Assembly: GCA_900549415.1 (NCBI GenBank)
Contig: URNX01000007.1
Coordinates: 1,249 to 65,248 of the forward strand
DNA: 64,000 nucleotides
From: an uncultured bacterium
Lineage (GTDB): Bacteria; Verrucomicrobiota; Lentisphaeria; Victivallales; UBA1829
Direction of reading: 5' to 3'
This document shows, one piece after another, positions 1-10,405 of the stretch (the stretch's first letter is position 1; every line of letters begins with the position of its first letter). The notes beneath the pieces are model-generated. The model had not been told where the DNA came from and did not search any database. It saw only the letters and a list, made by a program, of their open reading frames with translations. The position numbers and the translations under genes were made by a program.

Positions 1-2888
1 GCGGCGTCGAGAACTGTCATTCCCTCTTCGTGTTTCTCTTTTGCAAATTCCACAATCAGAATTGCGGTTTTGCAGGCAATGCCGAACAGCAGAACGAAAC
101 CGACCTGCGTATAGATATTGTTGGTGATGGAGAGCAGGAGCAGGGAGAAGAGAGCTCCCGCAAGTGCAACCGGAACCGAAAGCAGCACCGACAGCGGAAT
201 CATCCAGCTCTCGTACTGCGAAACCAGGAAGAGATAGATGAACAGCAGGGCAAGACCGAAAATGATTCCGGTCTGTCCGGCGGAGAGACGCTCCTGATAG
301 GACATGTCGGTCCATTCATACGTCATGCCTGTCGGGAGAACGCGGGCGGCGATCGCTTCCATTTCCGCCATGGCCTCGCCGGTGCTGACGCCCGGAGCGG
401 GAGAACCGGTTACGGAGGCGGAAGAATACATGTTGTAGCGCGAGAGGTACTGCGGAACAAAGCGCGTACGCACCTGTGTGAACGTTCCGAGCGGAACCAT
501 CTCGCCGGAATTCGAGCGGACATGGACGGTCGGAATGTTCGAGGCGTCGCGCCGCGCTTCCGGCTTGCCCTGGATTTCAACCTTGAAGTTCTTGCCGTAA
601 AGGTTGAAGTCGTTCAGATACCGATAACCGAAGAGCCCCTGAAGAGCGGAGTTCACTTCGGTGAGCGGAACTCCCAGTTTCAGAACCTTTTCGCGGTCGA
701 TATCCAGATAAAGCTGCGGCAGATTCGCGCGGAAAGTCGTGAACACCCCCGTGAGTTTCGGGCTCTTGTTCGCTTCCACAATAAGCGAGTTTAGGACGGA
801 CTGCAGTTTCTGCGCATCGGTTCCCGTGCGGTCCTGAAGGACAAACGAGAATCCGCCCGTCGTACCGACGCCCGGAACCGGAGGAAGCGCAAACGGAAGA
901 ATCGAGCCGTCCGGAATCCGCGCGAGTTTCGCATATGCTCTGCGCAGAACCGAGAATTGATCCTCGCCCTTGCCCTGACGCTCCGCCCAGGGTTTCAGCA
1001 TGACGACTGCGAAGCCGCAGTTCGAAGCCTGAACTCCGGTGATGATATTGTACCCCGCAATGGAGAAAATGTCGCGCACCTCTTTTTCTTCCGCAAGGAG
1101 CTTGCGCACTTTTTCACCCGCATCAATCGTGCGGTCAAGCGAGGCGCCGTCCGGCAGCTGAATGTTGACGAAGAACGCGCCCTGGTCTTCATCCGGCACG
1201 AATCCGGTCGGCACGAGTCCGTAGAACCAGCCGAGCGAACAGGTGAAGAGAAGATAGAGTCCGCCGATCAGAATTGCTTTGCGGAGCAGGGAGCGGACGA
1301 TTGCAAGATAGCCTGAGGTGAGCTTGTCAAATGCAGCGTCAAACCAGCGGAAGAGAATGAATTTTTTGCGCGTCCCGTTCATCGGCTTCAGCAGGAGCGC
1401 GCTCAGTGCGGGACTCAGCGTCAGCGCATTGATCATGGAGATGAATACACTGATGGAGATTGTAATTCCGAACTGGCGGTACATCACGCCTGTAATTCCG
1501 CTCATGAAGCAGATCGGGATGAACATTGCAAGCAGAACGGAGGTGGTCGCGATAATCGGCGAGGTCACCTGCTGCATGGATTTGATTGCGGCGTCGCGCG
1601 GGGAGAGTCCCTCTTCCTCCATCAGACGGTTTACGTTCTCAATCACCACAATTGCATCGTCCACCACGATACCGATTGCGAGAATCAGACCGAAGAGGGT
1701 GATGAGGTTGATGGAATAACCGAGAACGGACATCGCGGCGAAAGTTCCGACGAGAGAGACCGGAATCGCAATGGTCGGAACGAGGGTCGAGCGCCAGTCC
1801 TGAAGGAAGATATAGGTGACGAGCACAACGAGCAGAACCGCGATAATCAGCGTTTCCACAACTTCGTCGATGGATGCTTCGATGAACTCGGTTGTGTCAT
1901 ACTGAATGCCGTACTCCAGATCATCCGGGAAGACGGTCTGCTTGAGCTGGGCGAGTTTGGCTTTGCACGCTTCCGCAATGGCGAGTCCGTTCGCATCGTT
2001 GAGCTGGTAGACTGCAAGCATGGCGCCGGGTTTGCCGTTGACCTGTGCGGAACTGGCATAGTTCTCCGCACCGAGTTCCACTTCGGCAACGTTTTTGATT
2101 TTGATCTGCGAGCCGTCCTTCTCCGCACGGATGACAATTTCGCCGAATTCCGCCGGCGTGGCAAGACGTCCCTGTGTGCTGATGGAAAGACGGATCGGAA
2201 CGCGTCCTTTCATCGGAGCGTCGCCGACGGATCCGGCGGAGACCTGGACGTTCTGCGCTTTGATGGCGTTCGCCACATCGTCGACGGTCAGTTTGAGTGA
2301 AGCGAGCCGGTCAGGATCGAGCCAGACGCGCATGGAATACTTGTGCTCGCCGAACTGCGAAACGTCGCCGACTCCGGGAATACGGGCGATTTCATCTTTG
2401 ATGTACAGCGACATGAAGTTGCTGAGATAGAGTTCATCATGCGTTCCCTTCGGTGAGGTGAGGGAGATGATCAGCAGCATGTTTGCTGATTTTTCTTTTA
2501 CAATCACGCCCTGCTGCTGCACTTCGGCGGGAAGAGAGGCGTTCGCCCAGTTCACGCGGTTCTGAACATTGACGGTGTTGGAATCGCCGTCAGTTCCGAT
2601 ATCGAAGGTGACGTTGATGACGGCCGCCCCGTTGTCGGTTGCCGTCGAGCTCATATAAAGCATCCGCTTGACGCCGTTGACCTGCGCTTCGATCGGCTGA
2701 ATGACAGTGTCGCGCACGGTTGCCGCATCCGCACCGGGATAAGTTGCGGTAATCTGAATCTGCGGCGGCGAGATGTTCGGATACTGGGCGACGGGCAGAG
2801 TTTTGATCGCAATCGCGCCGGTCAGCAGAAAAAGAATTGCTATGACGAGCGCAAAGCGCGGATGATCAATGAAAAAACGGCTGATCAT
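1..2888 (-). CDS. RND (HAE1/AcrB-type) efflux permease, C-terminal end runs off the window
   Basis: Absent from the ORF track because its stop lies left of position 1. My own minus-strand translation from ATG at 2886-2888 reads MISRFFIDHPRFALVIAILFLLTGAIAIKTLPVAQYPNISPPQIQITATYPGADA..., later ...GIVVDDAIVVIENV... ATGA start/stop overlap with the adaptor gene. Confidence 0.9.
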   Translation of the reverse strand, partial: MISRFFIDHPRFALVIAILFLLTGAIAIKTLPVAQYPNISPPQIQITATYPGADAATVRDTVIQPIEAQVNGVKRMLYMSSTATDNGAAVINVTFDIGTDGDSNTVNVQNRVNWANASLPAEVQQQGVIVKEKSANMLLIISLTSPKGTHDELYLSNFMSLYIKDEIARIPGVGDVSQFGEHKYSMRVWLDPDRLASLKLTVDDVANAIKAQNVQVSAGSVGDAPMKGRVPIRLSISTQGRLATPAEFGEIVIRAEKDGSQIKIKNVAEVELGAENYASSAQVNGKPGAMLAVYQLNDANGLAIAEACKAKLAQLKQTVFPDDLEYGIQYDTTEFIEASIDEVVETLIIAVLLVVLVTYIFLQDWRSTLVPTIAIPVSLVGTFAAMSVLGYSINLITLFGLILAIGIVVDDAIVVIENVNRLMEEEGLSPRDAAIKSMQQVTSPIIATTSVLLAMFIPICFMSGITGVMYRQFGITISISVFISMINALTLSPALSALLLKPMNGTRKKFILFRWFDAAFDKLTSGYLAIVRSLLRKAILIGGLYLLFTCSLGWFYGLVPTGFVPDEDQGAFFVNIQLPDGASLDRTIDAGEKVRKLLAEEKEVRDIFSIAGYNIITGVQASNCGFAVVMLKPWAERQGKGEDQFSVLRRAYAKLARIPDGSILPFALPPVPGVGTTGGFSFVLQDRTGTDAQKLQSVLNSLIVEANKSPKLTGVFTTFRANLPQLYLDIDREKVLKLGVPLTEVNSALQGLFGYRYLNDFNLYGKNFKVEIQGKPEARRDASNIPTVHVRSNSGEMVPLGTFTQVRTRFVPQYLSRYNMYSSASVTGSPAPGVSTGEAMAEMEAIAARVLPTGMTYEWTDMSYQERLSAGQTGIIFGLALLFIYLFLVSQYESWMIPLSVLLSVPVALAGALFSLLLLSITNNIYTQVGFVLLFGIACKTAILIVEFAKEKHEEGMTVLDA

Positions 2889-4009
2889 TTTACCGTCTCC
2901 GCGGTCTTCTGGAGCTGCGGGGCAACTTTTCCGCCGGGACGCGTCTTGGAGATTCCTTCAACAATCACAAGTTCTCCGGGTTTCACTCCCTCGGATATGT
3001 AGATCGTTCCATCGAGCTCCGCCGCTTTGATGTTGCGGCGTTCAACGGTGTTCTCCTTGCCGACGACATAGACGTAGTCGCCGCTCATGTCGGTCTGCAT
3101 TGCCGCGCGCGGAACTGCGGCGGTCGTTTTCGCTTCACCGGAGCGGATGCGGATCTTGACATACATGCCCGGAATCAGGCGTTCGCGGGGATTGTCGAAA
3201 ACTGCACGGATTTTAAAGGTTCCCGTCGCCTGGCTGACCTGATTATCAAAGGAATCAAGACGGCCTGTGAGCGGATACTTTTCTCCGTTCTGAAAACGGA
3301 GTTCCACGGGGACGGAGGAGAATTTTTTGTTTTTGACCGGTTCCGACTTCATGAGACGGAGAAGGTCGAGTTCGTTCAATTGAAAATCAACCTTGACCGG
3401 ACCGGAGCGGTGAAGGGTCGCAAGCGTTCCGCTGGCGGGGGAGACGAGGTTGCCTTCGCTGTAACGGTTGAAGCTCATGCGTCCATCAAAAGGCGCGGTG
3501 ATTTTCGTATAGCCGAGATCGAGTTTCGCCTGTTTGAGTTTCGCTTCCGCGGCGAGAACGGCGGCGTCGCTCTGCATTTTCTGGGATTCCGCTTCGTCGT
3601 ATTTACGGCGGGACACGGCGTCTTTGGCAAGCAGGGTTTTCTGGCGTTCGTAATCGCTGGTAGAGTTTTTCTGATCCGCACGGGCTTTCAGCAGATCCGC
3701 TTCCGCGGCGGCAACGGCGGCTTCATACTTCTCCGGTTCAATCTGAAAGAGAAGCTGTCCTTTTTTGACCAGCTCGCCGTCTTTAAAGTTGCGTTTCAGC
3801 AAAAAGCCCTCCACACGGGCGACAAGGTCGACGGAGTCGAACGCCATGATGTTGCTGATGGAGGGCATGTATTCCGCATAGTCTGCTTCCGCCGCCGGAA
3901 CGGCGACAACGCCGGGGAGGACGGGTGCAGGAGCGGGTTTTTCTTTGCAGGAGGAGGTGAAAAAAAGCACCCCCGCAGTCAAAATTGAAAACAACAGAGA
4001 TGCTTTCAT
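2885..4009 (-). CDS. efflux RND periplasmic adaptor (membrane fusion protein), lipoprotein
   Basis: ORF 2885..4153 trimmed to the internal ATG at 4009, preceded by GAGGAG. N-terminus MKASLLFSILTAGVLFFTSSC (lipobox), HlyD/AcrA-like coiled-coil and barrel regions. Coupled to the RND permease. Confidence 0.88.
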   Translation of the reverse strand: MKASLLFSILTAGVLFFTSSCKEKPAPAPVLPGVVAVPAAEADYAEYMPSISNIMAFDSVDLVARVEGFLLKRNFKDGELVKKGQLLFQIEPEKYEAAVAAAEADLLKARADQKNSTSDYERQKTLLAKDAVSRRKYDEAESQKMQSDAAVLAAEAKLKQAKLDLGYTKITAPFDGRMSFNRYSEGNLVSPASGTLATLHRSGPVKVDFQLNELDLLRLMKSEPVKNKKFSSVPVELRFQNGEKYPLTGRLDSFDNQVSQATGTFKIRAVFDNPRERLIPGMYVKIRIRSGEAKTTAAVPRAAMQTDMSGDYVYVVGKENTVERRNIKAAELDGTIYISEGVKPGELVIVEGISKTRPGGKVAPQLQKTAETVK

Positions 4010-4022
4010 CGAGGTTCTCCTC

Positions 4023-5255
4023 TTAGAAGTTGTGAACGACGAGACCGTCGCGAAGTTTCGGTTCGAACCAGGTGGACTTCGGCGGCATGATTGCGCCGGC
4101 GTCCGCAATATCCATGAGCTGATCAAGCGTGGTCGGGTACATGGAGAAGGCAACGGCGGCTTTGCCGGAGTCTACGAGCTTGACGAGTTCTTTTGTTCCG
4201 CGGATTCCGCCGACGAAGTCGATGCGCTTGCTGGTTCGCGGATCGTCAATGCCGAGGATCGGGGCGAGAAGATTGTCCTGAAGAATGCTGACGTCGAGCT
4301 TTTCGATGACGCCGAGCTTGGATGTATCGAATTTCGGAGTGAGCTTGTACCATTCCTTGTCGAGATACATGCAGACTTCTTCGCTCTTTGACGGTTCCTG
4401 GGCGGATGTTTTTTCAACATTGAACTTTTCGCCGACCTTTGCGAGGAACGCGGCTTTGTCAAGTCCGTTCAGGTCTTTCACCACGCGGTTGTATGCGAGG
4501 ATGCGGAGCTGATCGGCGGGGAATGCAACGGCAAGGAAGAAATTGTAGTCCTCTTTGCCAGTGTGGTGCGGATTTGCCGCTTTGCAGGTCACGCCCGAGC
4601 GGGATGCGGAAGCTGCGCGGTGGTGTCCGTCGGCAATGTAGAAGCAGGGAACCTCATCCTTGAAGATTTTGGAGAGTTTCTCCGTGCGTTCGGCTCCGGC
4701 TTTCCAGAGCTTGTGCTCAATGCCGTCGGGAGCGACGAAGGAGTAGTACGGCGTTTCGGCGGTGATTTCCGCAACGATGGCGTCGACGTCCTTGTTGTCG
4801 CGGTAGGTGAGGAACACAGGTCCCGTATGGGAGCGGAGCTCCATCACATGACGCGCACGGTCGTCCTCTTTGTCCTTGCGTGTTTTTTCGTGTTTCTTGA
4901 TGACATTTGTATTGTAGTCTTCAACGGAAGCCGCTCCGGCGATGCCGATCTGGGTGCGTCCGTTCATTTTAAGGGAGTAGACATACAGGTTTGCAACGGG
5001 GTCTTCCGTGAGCGGGGCTTCTGCGATGAGACGTTTGAAGTTTGCGACGGCCTTCGCGTAAACCGGATCGCTGTGGAGGTCGATGCCGGGTTCCATTTCG
5101 ATTTCGGGACGCGACACGCGGAGGAAGGAGAGGGGGTTGCCTTTGGCGAGCTCCGCCGCCTCTTCGCTGTTTACGACATCGTAAGGAACCGCCGCGACCT
5201 GCGCGACTTTATCCTGCGGGGGCATCATTCCGTGAAATCCGTTGAAAATAGCCAT
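4023..5255 (-). CDS. DUF1015 family protein
   Basis: C-terminal 410 aa of the 883-aa ORF, starting MAIFNGFHGMMPPQ; contains the YIADGHHR motif typical of DUF1015. The upstream 470 aa of the ORF are antisense to purO and are not credible. Confidence 0.85.
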   Translation of the reverse strand: MAIFNGFHGMMPPQDKVAQVAAVPYDVVNSEEAAELAKGNPLSFLRVSRPEIEMEPGIDLHSDPVYAKAVANFKRLIAEAPLTEDPVANLYVYSLKMNGRTQIGIAGAASVEDYNTNVIKKHEKTRKDKEDDRARHVMELRSHTGPVFLTYRDNKDVDAIVAEITAETPYYSFVAPDGIEHKLWKAGAERTEKLSKIFKDEVPCFYIADGHHRAASASRSGVTCKAANPHHTGKEDYNFFLAVAFPADQLRILAYNRVVKDLNGLDKAAFLAKVGEKFNVEKTSAQEPSKSEEVCMYLDKEWYKLTPKFDTSKLGVIEKLDVSILQDNLLAPILGIDDPRTSKRIDFVGGIRGTKELVKLVDSGKAAVAFSMYPTTLDQLMDIADAGAIMPPKSTWFEPKLRDGLVVHNF

Positions 5256-5399
5256 GATGTTTGTCTGCTCCTCAATTTTTATTGCAGTATCCCGTATTAT
5301 ATCATTTAAATGCGATTTATTCAAGAGAAAGAGATTGAAAATTTTAAAATCTGCTTTATATTGTCGTTCTAATATTTTTTTAATTTCAAGGAGGCTATT

Positions 5400-6035
5400 A
5401 TGTATCTCGGCAGAATCGTCGCGGCCGGCATGACCGCGAAAGGCAATCCGGTCGCGGCTTACCGCGTCTCTTCCCGTTCGTTCCCGAACCGTACCGCGAA
5501 CCTGGTCGGCGAGACGATTTCCATCATTCCGCGCAAGGGCTTTGAGTCGGATCTTTCCAAGAACCCCTACATCGCCTACAACTGCGTCCGTCTGAGCGGA
5601 AAGACCGCCGTTGCAACCAACGGCTCCCATACGGATCCGATTATCGAGAAGATCATGGCCGGCATGAACCTGCGCGATGCTTTCACGCTTTCTCTTCTTG
5701 CTATGGACTATGAGCATGACACGCTCGATACCCCGCGTATCGCCGCCGCCGTCAATGCGGAAACGAATCAGGGCGCACTCGGCATCGTCCGCAAGGACGC
5801 CGTTCTCGTCCAGGTGTTTGATCTCGTTCCCGGAAAGCTCTTCTACCTTTCCACTTACGGCAAAAACGCTCCCTCGATGGATCAGTTCGACGGCGAATTT
5901 GACGCCATGTGCGGCGACTGCGCCTGCAACTATGTGATCGGCCAGGGCGTGTTTGCCGACTTCGAAAATCCTGTCTGCTCCGCCGCTGCGGTCTGGACGG
6001 GTGAAGGATATCATCTCGCAGTCAAGGACGCGTAA
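5400..6035 (+). CDS. purO: IMP cyclohydrolase, archaeal PurO type
   Basis: 211 aa, MYLGRIVAAGMTAKGNPVAAYRVSSRSFPNR... resembles the PurO family; AAGGAGG SD upstream. Confidence 0.75.
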   Translation: MYLGRIVAAGMTAKGNPVAAYRVSSRSFPNRTANLVGETISIIPRKGFESDLSKNPYIAYNCVRLSGKTAVATNGSHTDPIIEKIMAGMNLRDAFTLSLLAMDYEHDTLDTPRIAAAVNAETNQGALGIVRKDAVLVQVFDLVPGKLFYLSTYGKNAPSMDQFDGEFDAMCGDCACNYVIGQGVFADFENPVCSAAAVWTGEGYHLAVKDA

Positions 6036-6041
6036 TACAGA

Positions 6042-8114
6042 ATGGGATCGCCGCTGGACAGACTGAATCCTCCCCAGCGCGAGGCAGCGACCACGATTGA
6101 CGGTCCGCTTCTCGTGCTTGCCGGAGCCGGAACGGGAAAAACAAGTGTCATCACTAGCCGCATCGCTTACATGATTGAAAGCGGTGTTGCCCCGTCGTCT
6201 ATTCTCGGCGTGACCTTCACCAACAAGGCGGCGCGCGAAATGAGGGAACGTCTGAACAAGATTGTTCCTGTTGCCGCCGCCCGCAAAGTCACACTCGGAA
6301 CCTTTCATTCGTTCTGTTCCCGTGTGCTCCGGCGCGACATTCACCTTGCCGGAAACTTCAATTCCAACTTCAGCATTGCCGACGACAGCGACCAGAAGAG
6401 CATTCTGCGCCAGGCCGCTGCCGAACTCGGCTATTCGAAGGACGACGCGCCTACTGACGCGGCCGCAATGTTCATCTCCCATGCAAAAAACCGGATGCTC
6501 GATCCGGAAGAGGCGTTTCAGGATGCCAAGCTCAACCGCCCTTCCGATATTCCGCTTGCGGAGATTTACGAGCGTTATCAGAAACTGCTCGAACTCCAGA
6601 ACGTCGTTGATTTCGACGACATGCTTCTGCTGACGCTCCGCATCTTTGAAAACCATCCGGATACACTCGATCACTACCGCGATGTCTACCGCTATCTGCT
6701 CGTGGATGAGTATCAGGATACCAATGCCGCGCAGTTCCGCATTCTTCAGCTTCTTGCGGGCGACCGCATGAACATCTGCGTCGTCGGTGACGATGACCAG
6801 AGCATTTATGCGTGGCGCGGAGCGGATGTTTCCAACATTCTCGATTTTCCGAAGCTCTTTCCGGGAGCGAAGAAAATCAAACTGGAGCAGAACTACCGCT
6901 CCACAAATAAAATTCTCGACGCCGCAAACGCCGTTATCGCGAAAAACGACAGCCGCTACGAAAAGAACCTCTGGTCTGCAAAAGGCGACGGGGAAAACAT
7001 CCGCGTCGTCCGGGCAAAAGACGGGGAGGCAGAGGCGCTGTTCGTTGTCAACACCATCCGGAACCTCGTGGCGCGCGGCGACTACAATTATCGCGACTGT
7101 GCGATTCTTTACCGTTCAAACCACCTTTCGCGCACCTTTGAACAGCAGTTCCGCAAGTATGGAATCCGTCCGCACATCGTCGGCGGGCAGGAGTTCTTCC
7201 AGCGGAAAGAGGTGAAAGACGCCGCGGCATATCTGAAACTTCTGGTGAATCACCGGGACGACCAGAGTCTGCTGCGGATCATCGGCATTCCACCGCGCGG
7301 AATCGGCGACAAGGCGGTGATCCGTCTGCGCGATCTTCAGAAAGTCGCCCCGACTATGTCGTTGTGTGAAGTTCTTGCGGATCCGTCGTATCTGACTTCC
7401 GTTTCCAAGCCGGCCGCTGCGGGAGCGAAAAATCTGGCGGAAGCGATGTCAGCATTCCAGCATAATTTTGAAACGGCCGGTTCTCTCGCCGGATGTGTGA
7501 AGGAATACCTTGACGAGGTCGGTTATCTGCATGGACTTCAGCGGATTTACAAAGACCGCGCGGAAGCGGAGAAGCGTCTGGAAAACGTCATGGAGTTCAT
7601 TAACTACATCGGTCAGTTCGAATACTCCTTCCAGGCGGAGCATCAGCGCCGAGCGACTTTGCTGGACTTCATCGAAAACTATTCGCTGATGGATGAAAAC
7701 GACCGGACAGAAGAGGAAGAGGAGACGGACGCTCCCGTCATGTCCACAGTCCATGCATCGAAGGGGCTGGAATGGCCCTGCGTGTTCATCGTCGGCATGG
7801 AACACAATCTTTTCCCGCATGAGCGCGCACTTAAGGAGAACAGTCTCGACGAGGAGCGCCGTCTGTTTTATGTCGCGATTACGCGTGCGCGGGAACGTCT
7901 TTTCATCACTTACGCGGGCGAACGCTTCAAATACCGCGAATTCGAACGTCAGTTTCCCTCGGTTTTTCTCCAGGATCTGCCGCCGGAAATCGTGGATCGC
8001 GACGTTCCGGAGAACTTCAATTACGAAGCGAGCGACGAGACGAAAATCAAGGCTTACGAAAAAATCTTCGAGCTTCTGGATGAAGAACCCGAAGATGAAT
8101 ACGATACATGGTAA
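6042..8114 (+). CDS. uvrD: ATP-dependent DNA helicase, UvrD/PcrA/Rep family
   Basis: 690 aa; Walker A AGAGTGKTS, LVDEYQDTN, QNYRST, VHASKGLEW helicase motifs. Confidence 0.9.
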   Translation: MGSPLDRLNPPQREAATTIDGPLLVLAGAGTGKTSVITSRIAYMIESGVAPSSILGVTFTNKAAREMRERLNKIVPVAAARKVTLGTFHSFCSRVLRRDIHLAGNFNSNFSIADDSDQKSILRQAAAELGYSKDDAPTDAAAMFISHAKNRMLDPEEAFQDAKLNRPSDIPLAEIYERYQKLLELQNVVDFDDMLLLTLRIFENHPDTLDHYRDVYRYLLVDEYQDTNAAQFRILQLLAGDRMNICVVGDDDQSIYAWRGADVSNILDFPKLFPGAKKIKLEQNYRSTNKILDAANAVIAKNDSRYEKNLWSAKGDGENIRVVRAKDGEAEALFVVNTIRNLVARGDYNYRDCAILYRSNHLSRTFEQQFRKYGIRPHIVGGQEFFQRKEVKDAAAYLKLLVNHRDDQSLLRIIGIPPRGIGDKAVIRLRDLQKVAPTMSLCEVLADPSYLTSVSKPAAAGAKNLAEAMSAFQHNFETAGSLAGCVKEYLDEVGYLHGLQRIYKDRAEAEKRLENVMEFINYIGQFEYSFQAEHQRRATLLDFIENYSLMDENDRTEEEEETDAPVMSTVHASKGLEWPCVFIVGMEHNLFPHERALKENSLDEERRLFYVAITRARERLFITYAGERFKYREFERQFPSVFLQDLPPEIVDRDVPENFNYEASDETKIKAYEKIFELLDEEPEDEYDTW

Positions 8115-8146
8115 AAACAACAAACCAACATAAAGGAAAACAAACC

Positions 8147-8923
8147 ATGAACTTCAAATCCATTTTTGCAGGCGCCGCCGCTGTTGCAGGCGCTCTCGCC
8201 CTCTTTACCGGATGCGGTGAAAGTGCGGACAACAACACTCTCGTTCTCGCGACCGAGGCGACGTTCCCTCCGTATGAATTCCGTTCCGCCGGCCAGATCG
8301 TCGGTGTTGACATCGACATCTGCCAGGCTGTCGCGGACAAGCTCGGCAAGAAACTCGACATTCAGGACACGGCGTTCGACTCCGTCATCACCCATGTGAT
8401 CACCGGCAAAGCGGATGTTGCGGCGTCCGGCATCACCATCACCGAGGATCGCAAGAAAAACGTTCTCTTCTCCGATCCCTATGTCTCCGCCGCCCAGCTC
8501 ATCATGGTTCTGAAAGATTCGAAGATCAAGGGCGTTGACGACCTGAAAGGCAAACGCCTCGGAGCTCAGGCCGGAACAACAGGCCTTGCCTACATCCGCG
8601 AACACATCATCACCGAAAAGAATTCTCCGCTTGTCGCAGAGTTCCCGAACGGCGGACTTGCTGTTGAGGCGATGAAGGCTGGCAAACTCGACGCTGTTGT
8701 CCTTGATGCGGGTCCGGCGAAGGCTCTTGCCGCAATGAGCAAAGGCTCTGTGATCGTCCTCGACAAGCCGCTGACCACCGAGGAATATGCGGTTGCGTTC
8801 AACAAGAAGAACGTTGAACTCTGCAAGGCTTTCAACGAAGTGATCGCGGAAATGAAGAAATCCGGTGCCCTCCAGAAGAGCATCGACAAGAACGAAGCGC
8901 TTGCGCGTCAGCTGAAAAAGTAA
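8147..8923 (+). CDS. amino-acid ABC transporter substrate-binding lipoprotein
   Basis: ORF trimmed to MNFKSIFAGAAAVAGALALFTGC (lipobox); family-3 SBP-like sequence (ATEATFPPYEF, GITITEDRK). Confidence 0.85.
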   Translation: MNFKSIFAGAAAVAGALALFTGCGESADNNTLVLATEATFPPYEFRSAGQIVGVDIDICQAVADKLGKKLDIQDTAFDSVITHVITGKADVAASGITITEDRKKNVLFSDPYVSAAQLIMVLKDSKIKGVDDLKGKRLGAQAGTTGLAYIREHIITEKNSPLVAEFPNGGLAVEAMKAGKLDAVVLDAGPAKALAAMSKGSVIVLDKPLTTEEYAVAFNKKNVELCKAFNEVIAEMKKSGALQKSIDKNEALARQLKK

Positions 8924-8942
8924 GACCGGGAGCGGCGGTTTC

Positions 8943-9659
8943 ATGAATTCCATAACAGCCGGACTTCAGTCGCTCTGGACGAACTTTGCGGAAGCGTTTC
9001 AACTGAATTTCATTCAGGACAACCGCTGGGAGTATCTGAGCGGCGGTTTCATCAAGACGCTTGAGATTTCGTTCTTCGCGGTTCTGCTGGGACTGTTTCT
9101 CGGATTCACGGTTGCCGTGATCCGGGCGACCCACGACCGGACGAACCGTCTGAAGTTCCTTAACTTCCTCTGCAAAGTCTATCTGACCGTGATCCGCGGA
9201 ACCCCTGCGGTCGTTCAGCTTCTCATCATCTACTTTGTGATTCTGAAGTCGTGCGACAACAAGGTTCTTGTGGCGATCATCGCATTCGGCGTGAACTCCG
9301 GCGCATACGTCGCGGAGATCATCCGCGGCGGCATCATGTCCATCGACAAAGGCCAGTTCGAGGCCGGACACTCCCTCGGACTGACCTACTTCCAGACGAT
9401 GGTTTATGTGATTCTGCCGCAGGTATTCAAAAACGTGCTTCCGGCGCTCGGCAACGAGTTCATCGTGCTGATCAAGGAAACCTCGGTTTCCGGTTACATC
9501 GCGCTTCAGGATCTCACAAAGGGCGGCGATATCATCCGCGGACAGACCTACGATGCGTTCATGCCTCTGATGGCTGTTGCGCTGATCTATCTCGCCTGTG
9601 TGATGTTCCTCACCTGGCTGCTCGGAATTCTGGAAAGGAGATTGAAGAAAAATGAGTGA
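8943..9659 (+). CDS. amino-acid ABC transporter permease (His/Glu/Gln/Arg/opine type)
   Basis: 238 aa polytopic protein; EAA-like loop region ...[23 protein letters not shown]... Confidence 0.88.
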   Translation: MNSITAGLQSLWTNFAEAFQLNFIQDNRWEYLSGGFIKTLEISFFAVLLGLFLGFTVAVIRATHDRTNRLKFLNFLCKVYLTVIRGTPAVVQLLIIYFVILKSCDNKVLVAIIAFGVNSGAYVAEIIRGGIMSIDKGQFEAGHSLGLTYFQTMVYVILPQVFKNVLPALGNEFIVLIKETSVSGYIALQDLTKGGDIIRGQTYDAFMPLMAVALIYLACVMFLTWLLGILERRLKKNE

Positions 9660-10389
9660 TACGCCACTCTTCCATATCACCAATCTGGTGAAACAGTACC
9701 CCGCCGTCCGTGCGGTCGACAACGTCTCGCTGGATGTGAACAAGGGCGACATCGTGTTCATTCTCGGCCCATCGGGGTCCGGCAAGAGCACGCTTCTCCG
9801 TTCGCTCAATCTGCTGGAAGTTCCCACCTCCGGAGAGATTTTCTTCGAGGGAAAACAGATCAACAAGCGCGGTGTCAAGGTCAACAAGCACTGCTGTAAC
9901 GTCGGAATGGTTTTCCAGCACTTCAACCTTTTCCCGCACCTGACGATTCTTCAGAACATCACGCTTGCACCGGTCAAAACCGGGCGCATGACAAAAGCGG
10001 AAGCGGAGGCGAAAGCCGACGAACTTCTGAAGCGAATCGGGCTCTACGACAAGCGTCTCGCTTACCCGCAGCAGCTCTCCGGCGGACAGAAGCAGCGTAT
10101 CGCGATTGTGCGCGCGCTGGTGATGAATCCGGATGTGATCCTGTTCGATGAGCCGACTTCCGCGCTTGACCCGGAAATGGTCGGCGAAGTGCTTTCCCTG
10201 ATGCGCGATCTCGCGCAGGATGGAATGACGATGATTGTCGTCACGCACGAAATCGGGTTCGCAAAAGAGATTGCGTCTCGTGTAATTTTCATGGACCGCG
10301 GACGCATCATCGAAGAAAACAATGCGGAGGAGTTCTTCAATCATCCGAAGGATGAACGCCTGAAGGACTTCCTTTCCAAAGTTCTGTAA
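9652..10389 (+). CDS. amino-acid ABC transporter ATP-binding protein
   Basis: GPSGSGKST Walker [16 protein letters not shown] signature, [11 protein letters not shown] Walker B; 8-nt overlap with the permease gene. Confidence 0.92.
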   Translation: MSDTPLFHITNLVKQYPAVRAVDNVSLDVNKGDIVFILGPSGSGKSTLLRSLNLLEVPTSGEIFFEGKQINKRGVKVNKHCCNVGMVFQHFNLFPHLTILQNITLAPVKTGRMTKAEAEAKADELLKRIGLYDKRLAYPQQLSGGQKQRIAIVRALVMNPDVILFDEPTSALDPEMVGEVLSLMRDLAQDGMTMIVVTHEIGFAKEIASRVIFMDRGRIIEENNAEEFFNHPKDERLKDFLSKVL

Positions 10390-10405
10390 CTGAAAGGAAA
10401 GAAAA

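Noticed and set aside
5256-6674. The N-terminal 470 aa of the 883-aa ORF 4023..6674 (would make a giant DUF1015 fusion).
   Set aside because: That part runs antisense through purO and the uvrD 5' end and has no protein-like features. The DUF1015 homology starts at the internal Met (5255), which faces an AT-rich promoter region.
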